The notes below the pieces were generated by a model that saw nothing but the letters and a program-made list of their open reading frames with translations, was not told where the DNA came from and did not search any database. A stretch of 64,000 nt of DNA from Anthoceros angustus (lineage: Eukaryota > Plantae > Anthocerotophyta): the NCBI GenBank assembly GCA_010909165.1, contig MU008211.1, forward strand, positions 254,232-318,231. Direction: 5' to 3'. Position 1 is the stretch's first letter, and each line of letters begins with the position of its first letter. Both the position numbers and the translations under genes were made by a program. Positions 9,700 to 22,638 of this stretch are shown here, in pieces.

Positions 9700-12447
9700 T
9701 GTGATGGAGGTTCCGGACCCCGGAACCCCTCGGCCATGGCAGCCACACTTATCCCTTGTCGGTTCGTCGGTGGGTTTCGTTCCACGAAGGGTGAGCCCTT
9801 CCCTGCGGATGGAGGTCGCCCTCCACGGACCTCTCGACTCACGGCTCCGTCTGGGCGCCGGTGACTAGCGCCCCTCCTACAGCGCCGGTGACCCACCCTC
9901 GTAAGTCACACTACCCTCTGACTCGTCGGCGCGGACCTCGTCGCGAGGCACCAATGTCTGCGGCGACCTTGGGACCCCAAATCAAATGATGGGCAATCCT
10001 CCCACCAGTAGCAGTTCCTACACTCCCTAAGACCCTTCTCATGACAAATTTGGGGCCGCCCCTCAAGCTCTTGTCACACTTGAAATTCACCTTCCCCTCT
10101 CTTTTCTAGGTTTCTTCCTCCTCTCTTCTCTTTTCTCTTTTCTCTTTTCTCTCTTGCTCCTTCCTTCTCCTCTCTTGCTCCCTATCCTCTCTAGCTCCTC
10201 TCTCTTCTCTCGCTCTCACTCTCTCGCTCTCTCTTTTCTTTTCTCTTTTCTCTCTTTTCTCCTCTCTTCTCCTCTCTTCTCTAATCTACCTCTTCCACTC
10301 TTCCTAGCTAACTATCATTACAGGCCCTCACAGCCTCCCGGCAGCGCCTCGAGATCATAGGGCATTGCCCTCACGGACCTAGGCAGACATTTGGGCAAGT
10401 GGCGTCCGCGTCTTTGGATTTTGCTAGGGGTCTTCCCTTTACCGATCATCGTTTTGCCACAATGCGCTCCCTCACCTCGACGCTACCCATGCTACCTCAG
10501 AAGAAAGGTTTGGGCCCGCCCTCAGTCACCGCACCTCAAGACCCTACGGACACCATGCACCCTCACACGGTCGGCCCGCGCTTGTGTAGCAAGACAAGCA
10601 CACCTGGTCGGAGAGCAAGGCATGACATTTTATTATGGGAGCTCCTCCCCTCTTATAGGAGCTCCCCAAACCCTAGCATTAATTAAGTGTCGGTGGGGTA
10701 GGTGGGGTTGCTTACGGTTTTAAGTAGGTGGCCTCTTAAAGGTTCTTAACCTACCTCCTAACAATCCCACTAACCCCTAGGGGTCTTAATGACCCATTCA
10801 CTCCCCTACCAACTATTTGCCTACTTCTTCTTGGGTGTTGGCAAACCACCGTCTTCCTCCTCTTGGCTTGGGACCGCCCCCGTCCGATCTCTTCACTCGT
10901 CGTCAGGGAACCTCCACACTGTCTCGGCGATGTTGGATTGAATGGGCGCCACCCCTCTTGCAGGCGCTCTTGTAGAGCTTGGCCTCTCTGTATCTGCGCT
11001 GCAATTACCTCAGGCGGTTGGGTGTTGGTGCACTCTGCCGGACACCCCACCAACTCTACCGGCTGCTGGAAATCTCTTCCTCTTCCATTGGCTCCTCCCA
11101 CATTGAGCCTTGCATCCATTTCACTCTCAAGTCCGAATCTCCGAAGTTGAGGTGCAATTCTTCCAAAATCTCCATCGTCATCGTGGGGACCCAACAACTT
11201 CCTTGTCAACAAGGAGCATCTCCTTGGCGAACTTGTTGACCCTAGCATGTAAGTGGACACTGCATCTCTCGGCCCTTCAAACAAATCTCATCAAATTCCT
11301 CGGGCCACTCTCCAAGTCCCGAATCTCCGTTGAGGGTCGCAATTCTTCCAAAATCTCCCGCGTCATCGTGGGGACCCAACAACTTCCTTGTCAACAAGGA
11401 ACGATCTCCTTGGCGAACTTGTTGACCCTATGTAAGTGGACCCGCATCTCCGGCCCTTCAAACAAATCTCATCAAATTCCTCGTGCCACTCCCGAGGCTA
11501 TCTTACCATAGCGCATCCCTCTCAGCGTCACCTCACTCAAGCAGGCTGTAAGTGACATTCTCGGCATCTCTCTTCCATGCCTCCGATCCCTTCTTGCCAT
11601 GCATAATCAGCCTGGCGTTGCTTCGGCGACCGACATGCGATGCATCATTTTCCTCCGGTGGGCTACCTCTTCCTTCCACCGTTAATTACCTCCGCTTGCT
11701 TCATGAGCTCCTCACGCTCCTTACTCCATGTGGCTGTCCTCCCTCCGGCTCCTTGAGTTTGGCCTCAGTTCTTCATTCTTGGCTTGGCCTCGGCCTCCCT
11801 CTACCATATATAGGGTGAGGAAGGATTTTCCACACCCCAAAGGCCAAGGACGAAATTTCTGTCCAAGGCCAAGGACCTTTTCCCTCAGCCGACGCTTTGA
11901 ATTCCTCAACCACAAGGCCAAGGACATTTCTTCCTCCGCGCCAGGACGATTTCTCTATATATGCATGCGCGCTCCTCCTTGGCTGTGCGCCTTCCTCCTT
12001 TCGCTGCCCCGCCGCTCGCGCACCACCTCAAGCTCGCTCGCCTGAAATTGCGCGCCCGTCCGCAACTCAAGACCCTTCAAGGCGTCTTCCACTGGAGTAA
12101 GGACTTTACTCCCGCCGCATGTCTACACGGGGCGTGACTGCGCCTGCCACTAGCTTTGACCAGCCCTCCTTCTGTTCAGTTTTCGCGAACCTTCCTCTGG
12201 CGTAAACTTTCCGGACCTCTCCGTCCGACTCCGTTCATGTTGGACCCGTTTTGAATCTGTTTTCCTCCTTTCTCGCCCGTCCGGGGGACCTAAATCGCCC
12301 GCCCGCTTCTCCACTTGCCACTCCTTGTTGCTTTTCCCGTTGTTGTTGGTGAGAAAAAGAAAAAAAAAGAAAATAAAACCTAACTAACATAGACAAACAA
12401 GAGGCATCCGCCACTCTTCCAACGTGGACCCAAGTTGGCGTTCCACA
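9700..12447 (-). mobile_element. 2.75-kb TG..CA element with 5-bp TSD and no terminal direct repeats (probable large solo LTR) with decayed internal ORF
   Basis: Ends TGTGATG / TTCCACA; TSD CATGG at 9695-9699 and 12448-12452; CT-rich tract 10090-10280; ~180-bp tandem duplication 11130-11490; homologous to 46569-48080. Confidence 0.75.
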
Positions 12448-14135
12448 CATGGTTTTCAGGCGGTGATTTTGTGCACTTACCGGGGCCGTTGTTTTCGTTT
12501 TGTGTCACCATCTTTGATGTGGCTCACTGTTTTCCGTCGATGTCCTGCTGTTTATTCTAGCGTTCTAGCCGTTGTTATCCGCTAGGTTGGTGGTGCCGGT
12601 GGTAATCTTCCGCACCGGTGGATGTTGGATTTAAGCTAATTCGCGTGATCCGGTGCTAACCTAGTGGTGGATGCGGGAGGTTGAATAGATTTGCTGCAGT
12701 ACCGTCTTGGCGATTTCGCTGGCGTATGGGGGTGCCGGTGGTAATCTTCGCACGGTGGATGTTGGATTTAAGCTAATTCGTCGTGATGCGGTGCTAACCT
12801 AGTGGTGGATCAGAGGTTGAATAGATTTCTTGCGGGCATCTGGCGATTTCCTGGCGATGTATGGGCTGGTGATATGGGTTGGTCAGTGAGCTGCCGGTAA
12901 CTCGGATGTCGCGCCGAGCGTCTCTAGCTTCTACATGCCGGATCTGTAAGGGCTTGGTGGCGTATGCCCATGTGTGGCTACCGAATTTAAGCATAGGTGG
13001 TGGGCTCAAGGGGTGCTAGTTGTCTAACGTTGCTTGGATTTGATTTCCTCGGGGCTCTTATCCCACTTCATCTCGCAGCTGCATAAATCGGTGGGGTGTT
13101 AGTGGGTGTGCAACTCGCCATGCCGTATGATGGTGCTAAGGTCTCGGTCGGGTTGTACCGTGGATGCTTATGGTGTACTCGTGCCTGCCATCTGCTTCTT
13201 CTAGAAGGTTGCTGGGAGGTAGGCAGTGAAGGGTTCGGTCACTTAAGAGTTTTGGTATGTCTGCCTGGCTCTACATATGTTGTGAAACCTGGATGCTATT
13301 GGTTTTTGGTTTTCAATAGATGGGATCTTGCAGATGCCTCCGGAAAGCCGTTTTTTCATGCTGCTCCAAGTTTCCATCCTTGGTTTTCGCTGCCACCATA
13401 AGGGCGTGGTAAGCCAGATCCGTCAGGTTAGTTCTCCTTGGTGACCAGGCATTGAAGGGTGCCTGGTCACAGTTTGTTGTCCGCTGCACAGTCTAGGTCA
13501 GTTTGGTACCCTTGTATTAGAGGACCATTAGTCATATCTGCCCCCTTTTGTGTGTTCATGTACGCACTTGTGTGTTTTGTGTTCAATGTTTCTTCATGAG
13601 TCTCACTTGTGGCAGTTTGCCCCATCGTCCATGTGTGAAAATATATCCACAGTGGCGGAGTTTGTGCTACTTGCACACCTCCCTATTTTGCTGGGACTAG
13701 GCCACTGACCAATTACCCATATCGGACAGTCGTTTGGTTCGTTGACCAGTTGGTCACTGATGACTGTGGTGATCACTTTACCACTGTGTGGACATTGATC
13801 CGGGTTGGAACTTGGTGAACAATTTGTACATTCTAATGGGTTTCTTGTTTCCAGACCATGCTTGGCAAACGCTGACGTGGCCACACAAAAGTGAAGGGGA
13901 GCTTGCATTGCTCCTTGCGCCGTCACCGAGGAAGAGGAGGCACCGCAGGCGTTTGGCAAAATAAGTTGACAGCTCGGTTGGTCGTCGACTTTGTGATTGC
14001 TCGTGTCGTAGCGCCATCTCGACCAGTTTTTGTAATTGTGCGGAGATCACCTCTTGTGCCCAACAATGTACAGTTGACCACTACTTATTAACGTGCTGGA
14101 CGATTTGGTACAGGCCGAGGACGCTGCTTGTTCGT

Positions 14136-14520
14136 GTGAAAGAGCAACTGCAAGTGGTGGCACAGGCTGAAAGTGCCCTCCTAGCCCTCCAGAAAAAGCA
14201 TGAGGTGCTAGATCAAAGGTGTAGTGTAGTCCATGAGTACCATGGAAACCTTTGCCGATTGTATAACCTGTCGTTGAAGAAGCAGCCTGTGCCACAATGG
14301 GTTCCTGCTCCTTCGCACAGTAGGCCAAATGGGCCTCTTCAAGTAACCCTTTGTTCTGTGTGTGGGAGGTTAGTGCTCGCACTCGTGTGAAACCTTGATG
14401 TTCTTCTTGTTGTTCTAAGATGTACCATGTAAATGTGCCGTGTGTCTGCAGTGGTTTGCATGCAACGATTTTGTTTTCCTCCCATGTGGGCATAGCTTCC
14501 ATGATGCTGTCTTTTCGCAT
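14136..14520 (+). pseudogene. Coiled-coil plus RING-H2-like zinc finger remnant (cargo of the Sola-like element)
   Basis: From 14434 the plus strand reads CAVCLQWFACNDFVFLPCGHSFHDA (C-x2-C..C-x-H-x2-H), after a coiled-coil ORF at 14136-14390. Confidence 0.55.
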
Positions 14521-17500
14521 TCCACCTCCATGTCATACGCCTAGAGTAGACGGTGCAAGTTCCTCCACAATGGCTGAAAGCCAAAGGGTGGCCTTTACGA
14601 GTGCGTTAATTGGAACACCGCTAGACCGGAGCTAGAGTGGACAGAGAGTACATCCATCAAATGACTTCAAGCAATTGGAAGACCGTTTGAAAGATGGTAT
14701 AGGGTATGTGGTGCTGGAATTCAAGCCATCTTCCTGTGCAGCTAGAAAACTTCTCCAAGACTCTCGGTGAGTGCACCAAAAATTGTGTTTATGCTCAAGT
14801 TCGTACCGCATCACATGCCCACACAATTGTTGTGGTTTCTCCGTAGGTAGAGATAGTCGCCTTCCCCAATGTCTCCGATCGCTCCCACTCGGGGACACTC
14901 ATGTTCGAAAACCCCACCTCGGACAATGCAATCATCGCCGCTCGCCCGCCACCGGTGCAACCTTGGGGCCGGCGTGCACTATGTGCTTCAAACGCCGGAC
15001 TGGTTGTGCCAAGAACAGAGAGGGCCAATTGTAGTCAAGATGATGTCCGCACCACTGGCAATAGTGTGACCCGGTACTTTGCTTTCCCCGTAGCCGAACC
15101 GGTGGAAGTCAGTGCCCGATGGAGCACCAGATCATGCAACATCTTTGTTAATTGGCACAACGGAGGAGGTGGGTGAGTTGCCCAAGGAGCTTCCTCCTTT
15201 AGAGGAGTGGTTAACGAGGCCATTCACCGCCGCGCCAAGGGCGCAGGTGTGCCCCAAGTGCGAAGTCGCAGTGGGAACTCCGTGGTAGAAAGTCCAAATC
15301 CTAAAGTAATGGAGGGTCCTAGTGCGAAGTGCCATTGCAAAGTGAACAGTGGCTATTGTACATGTGTTGCGACCCTCGCGATGGATGTGCGGTGCCCTCA
15401 CGACCGTAATGTCACGGAGGACAATGTGGTGCACCCAATGGCCCTCGGTGCATGGATGAGGGTTTGTCAATCGTCACCGGAATGGCTGGTGAACCGCCAC
15501 ACATGATGAAGTGGCCCCTAGCACGGGATGAAATGGCCGGCGATTGAGTGTGAAGTGGTCATACCGAACACAAATTGTCACTGCACCCAAGGCCCACCGG
15601 ATCAACTCCAGTCATCGCGGCGCACGCCTGTGGAGTTGGGTGAGGCGGAGGAAATGGCAAACCAGGCGTAAAGCAAAGGAAAGGAGGCCGAGGCCGGGGC
15701 CTCAAACGGAAAGGTGGCAAGTCACGAGGACAAGGCGCCAGGAAGATTCGAGCGGTGGAACGCGTTTGGAACGCCGGATGATGTCGCATGGAGCTACAAT
15801 TTAGGTGGAGACACTTTCATGGTACTTGCTCCACATGGCAATGCAGGCGTGTCTCATTCTATTTGTTGAAAGCCTTGTCTCGACTGAAGTGTTAAGAGAT
15901 TATGTTGACTCGCTTGGGGATGTGAGAAGTTTGACATGGGGACATAGTTGTGAGGGTTGTGTACTATGAAGTGATGCCCGGAGAAGTGTGTACCAATTGC
16001 TGACGTGGTGATCGTGGTGTCCCAACAATGATGCAACGTGACATGGTGTGCGTGCAAAATCTTGGATCCGGTGGCCCGCCATGTGAAGGAGCCCAAGAAC
16101 TGATGCTATATTGGCTTGCCCCGAAATTGAAGTACAGGAGGTGGCCCGGGATGCTAGGTGAATTAGAACTGTTGGTGAGCCTCTTTCATTTTCTATATCT
16201 TGTGCACTTGCTGCGGTGGACCTCCATGTCTTTGCTGGTGGGCTGCTTTACTGTTCAATGCCTTGCTCATTGCGAGTTGCTATGTGTTTCGGCTCCTTGG
16301 CAAGACCTATTGTGGAGGAGACTTGCCTGCTACCCAGGATAAGCTCTCCAATATCTTGGATGGTGGCTTGTTGCATGTGCGTGGACACACTGGTTAAGTT
16401 ATCAGACTTTGTGTGAGTGATCATTGACATATAAGACTGCAAAGGCATGCTGCACATGTGCATGCCAGTGTGTTTTTAAGAGATTTTATTTTGTCTTATC
16501 ACACTCCTTTATACCGACATGAAGGCGAGAACACCAAAATGGGTGGATGTGACGTCACATACAAGGCGCTTATGCCAAATCGTCCGGGCTTGTGCGTCGG
16601 TGTCTATGTAGACACCTCAAAGCCAAAGCGGCGGCCGTCGTGTCTATGGAGACACCCCAAACCCAAAGCATCCGGGCTTGTGCATCGTGGGTCTATGGAG
16701 ACACCTCTAGCGAATTGTCGAAATGGCGGAGGCCACGGTGCCATGGCGCCGCCAAGCTAGGAGTCAAACCTTGAATCCATTTCCTGCGGTGAATTGATTA
16801 CTGATTGCACACATGATGCCCCTAAGAGAATGGAACATTTGGTGAGTGCACAAGTGAGGACGCACACCTCCTCCTAATCATCAAACATCATTCGTTGTGT
16901 ACATTTGTGCCAATGAAGGGCTCCATCTTCAATAGGCGTTGCCCTCGCCGATGACCGAGCCACCTTCTCCGTCGCAAGAGTCGTCCACCAGGTGTTCAAA
17001 CACAGTGGCCGTTGTGAGTGCATTGGATCTCCTTGGCATGGTATGGATGAAGTCGCTGCCCGGTTACGGTATGGCGCCATCCGAGCTTGTGCATCCCAAG
17101 CCGCCGCCGTGCGAGCACGTTCCATGCAGCAAGAACGCACGCTGGGGGATTCGAATGGCGGCCACCAAGCGCCGTGAGGCGCCTCCCACCTCCATACCAT
17201 TATGCAAACCACCTCAAGCACCATGAGGGCCTCAAGAACAAGGAATGCTAGTGCAGGCGCCTCCATGTCCGGGCGAGGCGAGAGAGCGGAGCCGGGTGCC
17301 GGGGAATGAAAAGGTGATAGAGGAGGTGGGTGGCTGCAGGCCTTATGTTGTGCAGGTTACGGGGGACGCGTGTGCAAAGGGCCCTGGGAAGGGTATGACT
17401 TGGCCAGTATCATTAGATGTCGAAGAATTAGTAATGACCCTGCACATCTGGGGAAAGCGTGATCAATGAATTGTCTTTTTGCTGTCCGTGTGTGGGAATG

Positions 17501-17681
17501 CCTAGTGCTCACCGGGAATCCATTTGCGAAGACATCATGTGTGCACGTGCATTAAATTAGCATGTGGTAGATGAGAAGTACAAAGGGACCTGTGGAATGT
17601 AGTACATTCGTCCAAAACACTAAGGGTTGATACGAATCACGAAAGCTCTCTTCCACAACCGTAGTCACAACAAGTTGTGCT

Positions 17682-20600
17682 TCAGGTGAGGGTGACCAGA
17701 TTCGACTTCTTCTCTCGGTGGTGCCATGTCAAACTTGCATGCTTGGACAAATTCAGTAAGATGCAATCATGGAGATCCAAGGGCAAGTCAGACAAACCCG
17801 CCACGTCGAATCGGTAGTAATGACCAACCACCACCTCCTCCCAGTTGGTAGTTTGTATCGCTCCGGGCGTGTCGGACACTCTCACCAGTGCTTTGCTTCC
17901 GTACAGAGGAGGTAGAAGTCCCGCCTTCGCCTCGGGTCTCGCAAACACAAGGAAATTGTCGCCAACTTCCAATATATCAGCCGTGAGACACGTCAACAAC
18001 ATCCTCATCTTCACGATCGCCCAATGCACAAAAGACCTCCACCATTGCCGCTGGTTGGCGATGCTAATTCGAGCAACACTTTGTCCGCATGAGGTCCGAT
18101 CGTAACTGCCCAATATCCAGTGAGGGACCGTGGGACAATCGCATGGTTGCTCTCAAGGCACTCGACAAAAGCATGCCAAGCTCCGCATCCTCAATGCGTA
18201 GGGTCATCCACATTGCAACCATGGCTATGCATCAACTTAGAGCACGGAATGGGGTCACATGCATGCTTGTTCCTCCTATTCACCTCATTTTTCCCTATCG
18301 CCAAAAACTCCTATGCACGCCATGTTCTCCGGATGCATAGGAGGTTGATGCCACCGAGATGTTGTTGCGAAGGTACTCCACCACATCTTGAGCATTCGCA
18401 CCACCTTGGAGAGGACTCACCGCAAAGAGCTCGCCAGGATTGCACCAAGACCGCCATGTTCTCCTCACCGTGCCCACTACCAAAATATGACCAAAGCATG
18501 TTACACCCTCCGTGAGGCTTGGATACCGAGCAATGAAGTAGCTTGGTCGACATGCCTTGAATTGGCTTGCTGCCCCATCCGACCAGCACAGTGTTCCCGA
18601 GGTAGTGGGAATCCGAATCCCGCGCCATTGATGCGAAACAATGTTGCACAAAAGAGTGTCATGAACCATATCGTCACTAATATAAAATGGTAATACTTCT
18701 CTATGGTTGATGAAGGGTCTTCGCATCAAGAGGGCCATTGCGCTAAAACACGAGAACCGAATGGATACGGTCGCTTTTGCGGTGCATAGATTGGATTTCG
18801 TCGCACGCCAAAGCATAGTTGCGAAAAGTCCATCACGGATACTACAACATCTTGGGAAACCATTCTAGGCACTTCGAACTCTATCCCTTGCCACGAACAA
18901 AATCATGGAGCACAAACTCCTTCAGCTTGATCTTGTGTGCTCCACAAACTCGATGGGTGTGTTTCCATGAAGACTAACTTGATGCGTTTTTATCATGGCC
19001 ATCCGAATCTTTGCCAACAACTTGGTAATCGAAAACATCGCCACTTGAGAGCAGTCGGGTTGGATAGTTGCATCTACCTCCGATGGACAAAAGGCAAGTG
19101 TACTAACACCACACGAACAAGTTCCTTGCAAGCATGCAAGAGCATGCCAATCAAGATCCGGGTTCCTTTGCACAAAGGACACGCTACAAAGCACCCTCAC
19201 GACGGCAAACAGAGGAAGCAGATTACATGCAAGATCCGATGACCCTAAAGGAGGATTACAAACAAGGCAAGAGCATTCAGGGCTACGGGTGAACTCGAAA
19301 CCGCTTCCCTAAGGCCATTGAAAGCATCCTTTAGGAATGCCATCTCAACATGGTACCTACAAGATAGATTGCGCTCTTGTAGGCTCTTCACATAGAAGGG
19401 CTTCAATTTCTCGAATGTACGTGGCCTACTTGAATATCGTGGTGTTCATGATGAAGGTAGAATTCCGTCGCATGGTAGCATCGTATGAATCGGTCCGAAT
19501 GTATACACAACCCTATGTGTCCGAGCCAACAAGCTTAAGGTACCAAAAGGCAAGACAAGTGGACACATGCCCAAGTTACGATGACCCAAAAACTTGGCAA
19601 AGGCCCGTGGCAAAGAACGTGACCAAGTGTACATGACCAGGAAGCCACATGCTCATCCAAAAAAGAGGTTGCTCAATACAGAAATCATCCTTCTGGGCAT
19701 GGACAAAAGGGACAGCGGGGGGTGACAACTCGGCCACACATGTGCAAACTGAGTGAAGCGACCATGTGACCACCGAGTCAAGCAACCATGTGACCACTGA
19801 GTGAAGCAACCTTGTGACCACAGGGTCAAGCAACCATGTGCCCACTGAGTCAAGCAACCATGTGACCATAAGGAATGGGAACTTGTGGTCACCTGTGGTT
19901 GCCCTGCGCGTCGCCACCACAATTGTGACCAATGAGTCCACCAACCATGTGACCACAAGCACTACTTGTGGTCACCATGGGTGACACAATGTGGCAAGAG
20001 GCCCATGACCAATCTTGTGGTCTCGCGCAGTGGCCATCCGAGCATGGTGAGCACATGGGAAGACCACAATAAGTCAATGGCACCGACATCCACAATGGCA
20101 AATGTCTGTACATCGTGCATAAATAGCAACCACCATGTACATCACCCTTGTGCAGTGACATCACAACCGGCGTTTGCACCAAGCATGCATTCGCCTTCCT
20201 TGAATGCCTCACCGGACATGAAAGCAAACATCGAACAACTGAATTCTCATAAAAACACGAACGCGGAGGAAAACAATATGCAGGCATTTAACCGAGACAT
20301 CACTCAAACATCACCAATAGCGGACTGTCACCAATCACCACATCACAAACAACATGTCCACCACAACTACGCAGATAAACCGAAGAATGAAAGATCAACT
20401 CGAGACATATCAAGGAAGTGAGTGATATGCTTGGTAAACGTCTTTGGAGCTGTTCTCAACCGTTTTGTGTCCTTTGTGTTTGATGAGGGGCGCGAAGCAA
20501 GCTCAAGCGCACAATGCCGTCCTTGACATACCAAAACAATGTCATTCCGTGTTCCCCTACCGCACCACACCATGACCACAATTCACCACGTTCATGCCGA

Positions 20601-21217
20601 GAGTTTAGTGCGCGATATAGGCCTCCCTCGACTCCTATCTGCCGAGAGAGAGGAAACCAGGATGGCTTCCATGGATGTCCTCTCGAATGATGTTGAATAG
20701 TGTGTTCTCGGCCCTCGTGTGGTCTCCAAATTGCACATCCTTTAGACGTGTACATGCATCCTTCACATTCTTCAATATCAAGGTTGCAAGGTGGCTATCC
20801 TTTGCGTCATGCAATATCTCGAACAGTTCTTTAGCAATGGCAAGTGGCCAAAAAGTGCCAAGATGTCCTTCCTGCATGATGATGTGTACGCAGAAGTGAG
20901 GGACAAAAAATGTTGCCCAAGTTGGCGAGCTACTCGTTGTTTCGCACGGAGAGAGCACTCTCGACTCCCCCTGGAGGCAGCCATAGCCCGCTGCTCAGCT
21001 CTCCACTTTCGGACGCGTTCTGTTGACGACCGTTTGCCTGGCCACCACCCTCATGTCTGTCCTCCCCCTCGCGAGCATCTAGCCCTTGTTGTTCATCTTC
21101 CTCCTCGATAACCCGCACCAACCGGATGTTTGCAGATGCAGTTGTTTGGGCCTGCTTTTCCCTCTGACGACGCTTCTGTTCAGCCCATGCTCGCTGGCTT
21201 GCTGGTGAACGGGCCAT
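17682..21217 (-). pseudogene. Sola2-like transposase, frameshifted
   Basis: CLQGTCSCG; VVVSVMDFS(E)NY at ~18815-18850; FYISDDMVHD; WSDGAASQFK; WSYFGSGHG(K). These match the DFxENY / SDGxxxQ(Y/F)K / HGK..DG pattern I associate with Sola2. Confidence 0.7.
19745..19990. repeat. 24-bp minisatellite (GAGTCAAGCAACCATGTGACCACT-like)
   Basis: About five tandem units plus degenerate copies; this produces the VTWLLDSV repeats in the ORF track. Confidence 0.8.
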
Positions 21218-22133
21218 GCCACAATACCATCATCAGCATGCTATACGCACACTGCCCTCATGACTCTGCACTTTACCAAAAAGGCTTGAGTTAAGAGCGA
21301 CACAAGCACCCATTAACAAGGCCCCACACGATACACGAATGGCACAGTAGCAGATTACCTCCACCGCCAAAGATCATCTTGCATTACCACCGACACACAT
21401 CACCCAAAGACCGCAAGCTTGAACCGAGCGGCGCCGATCGAAGCGTAACGCCAATATCCCGTAGCAAACCTAGCATACCGCATCAACCACCGGATCGACA
21501 TACTCATCATCCACGTGCACTAGCATCAACATCCATCCACCAAAACCGGCGCCTCCTCCACTCCGGTGGCGGATCCGGTCAATCTTTGGTTGCAACATAG
21601 TGTGACCGCTGTGGAGAGCAACCACGCCAAGTTCTTGGTGTCATCACCCACAAGTTCCTACTCCTTCTCCACATCGGACAAATGACAAGTGCACAAGTCC
21701 GCTCATGTCACCGACCTTCCGGAGCGTGAGTCCCCAACCACCGATTTCCTCGGCCTTGGCGGTTTTGAGGTTGACTTGTTAATGCCGAGTTGAGCGGTGG
21801 TACGCAACCCGATCCACTAGGTAAATAATCCAATTCAAATTCGCCATAAACCGACGGGCCATGGCGGTTCATCACAATTGTGGCTAAATGAACTTTGTGT
21901 CGTGGACAAACCCGTCCGTGAACTCAACATTTGTTTATGTGAAATAGATATTTTAATAATCTATATATTTTTATATATTAACGCCAAATACAAAAACTCA
22001 CATGCTATAAGTGTAAAAATTAGATACATCCGGACGAAATGAATTACATATATTTATATGAACATAGAGAGGACAAATTAAGAGTGTTTCGTCCGTTCCT
22101 CACTTAAGTGAGCACCAAAGCATGCTTGCACCC

Positions 22134-22465
22134 GATAAGGAGCTATACGACTCTTGGCGTACACACATGACTCACAGAATGGTAATGGGGACAGTTGAGT
22201 AAGAGGTTCTGCGTACAAGTTGCTTTGGCTGAGAGTTACTAACTTACGTGAATTAACGTGTGCTAGCCTATGGTGCCATAGGACAGATTGCTTAGACTGA
22301 GTCAAGTTGGCAATGTTAGTAACAGGTGTTGGGGATAGATCTAACCTATATAGGTCATTGAATGGTCTACCAATGCAGAGACATAACACATTAGAAGGAC
22401 TGACTGTGTCATGGATCATGCAGGTATCTCCAGCAAAATGAACATTGTACTGACATTGTACTGAT
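22134..22465 (-). pseudogene. Copia C end-of-protease and gag-pre-integrase segment
   Basis: YNVHFAGDTC...LYRL...LWHHRLAHVN...FCESCVYAK. Confidence 0.88.
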
Positions 22466-22638
22466 TGACAAAATATAGGGCTAATGTAAATCAATTATAC
22501 CATTTGTATAGATTACATCTTAGATAATCAAGAAAAAGAGAGTAACTTGCTTAAGTGAACAGACAACTTAAACTAACTTTACGAAAGGGTGTGGCTATTC
22601 ACTAATAGTCCTAACCCTAGCGAAACATTATGTCTATT

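Larger units (their letters stand above)
8445..22133 (-). mobile_element. Large Sola2-like DDD DNA transposon (one end lost), carrying extra ORF remnants
   Basis: Transposase motifs at 17682-21217. The surviving terminus reads GGGTGCA on minus. GATA is present at both host junctions (8383-8386, 22134-22137). Related internal repeats occur at 9330-9620 and 12590-13080. Confidence 0.6.

Noticed and set aside
19745-19990. Regularly spaced repeats resembling a CRISPR array
   Set aside because: The units are contiguous with no unique spacers, there are no cas genes, and the context is eukaryotic.
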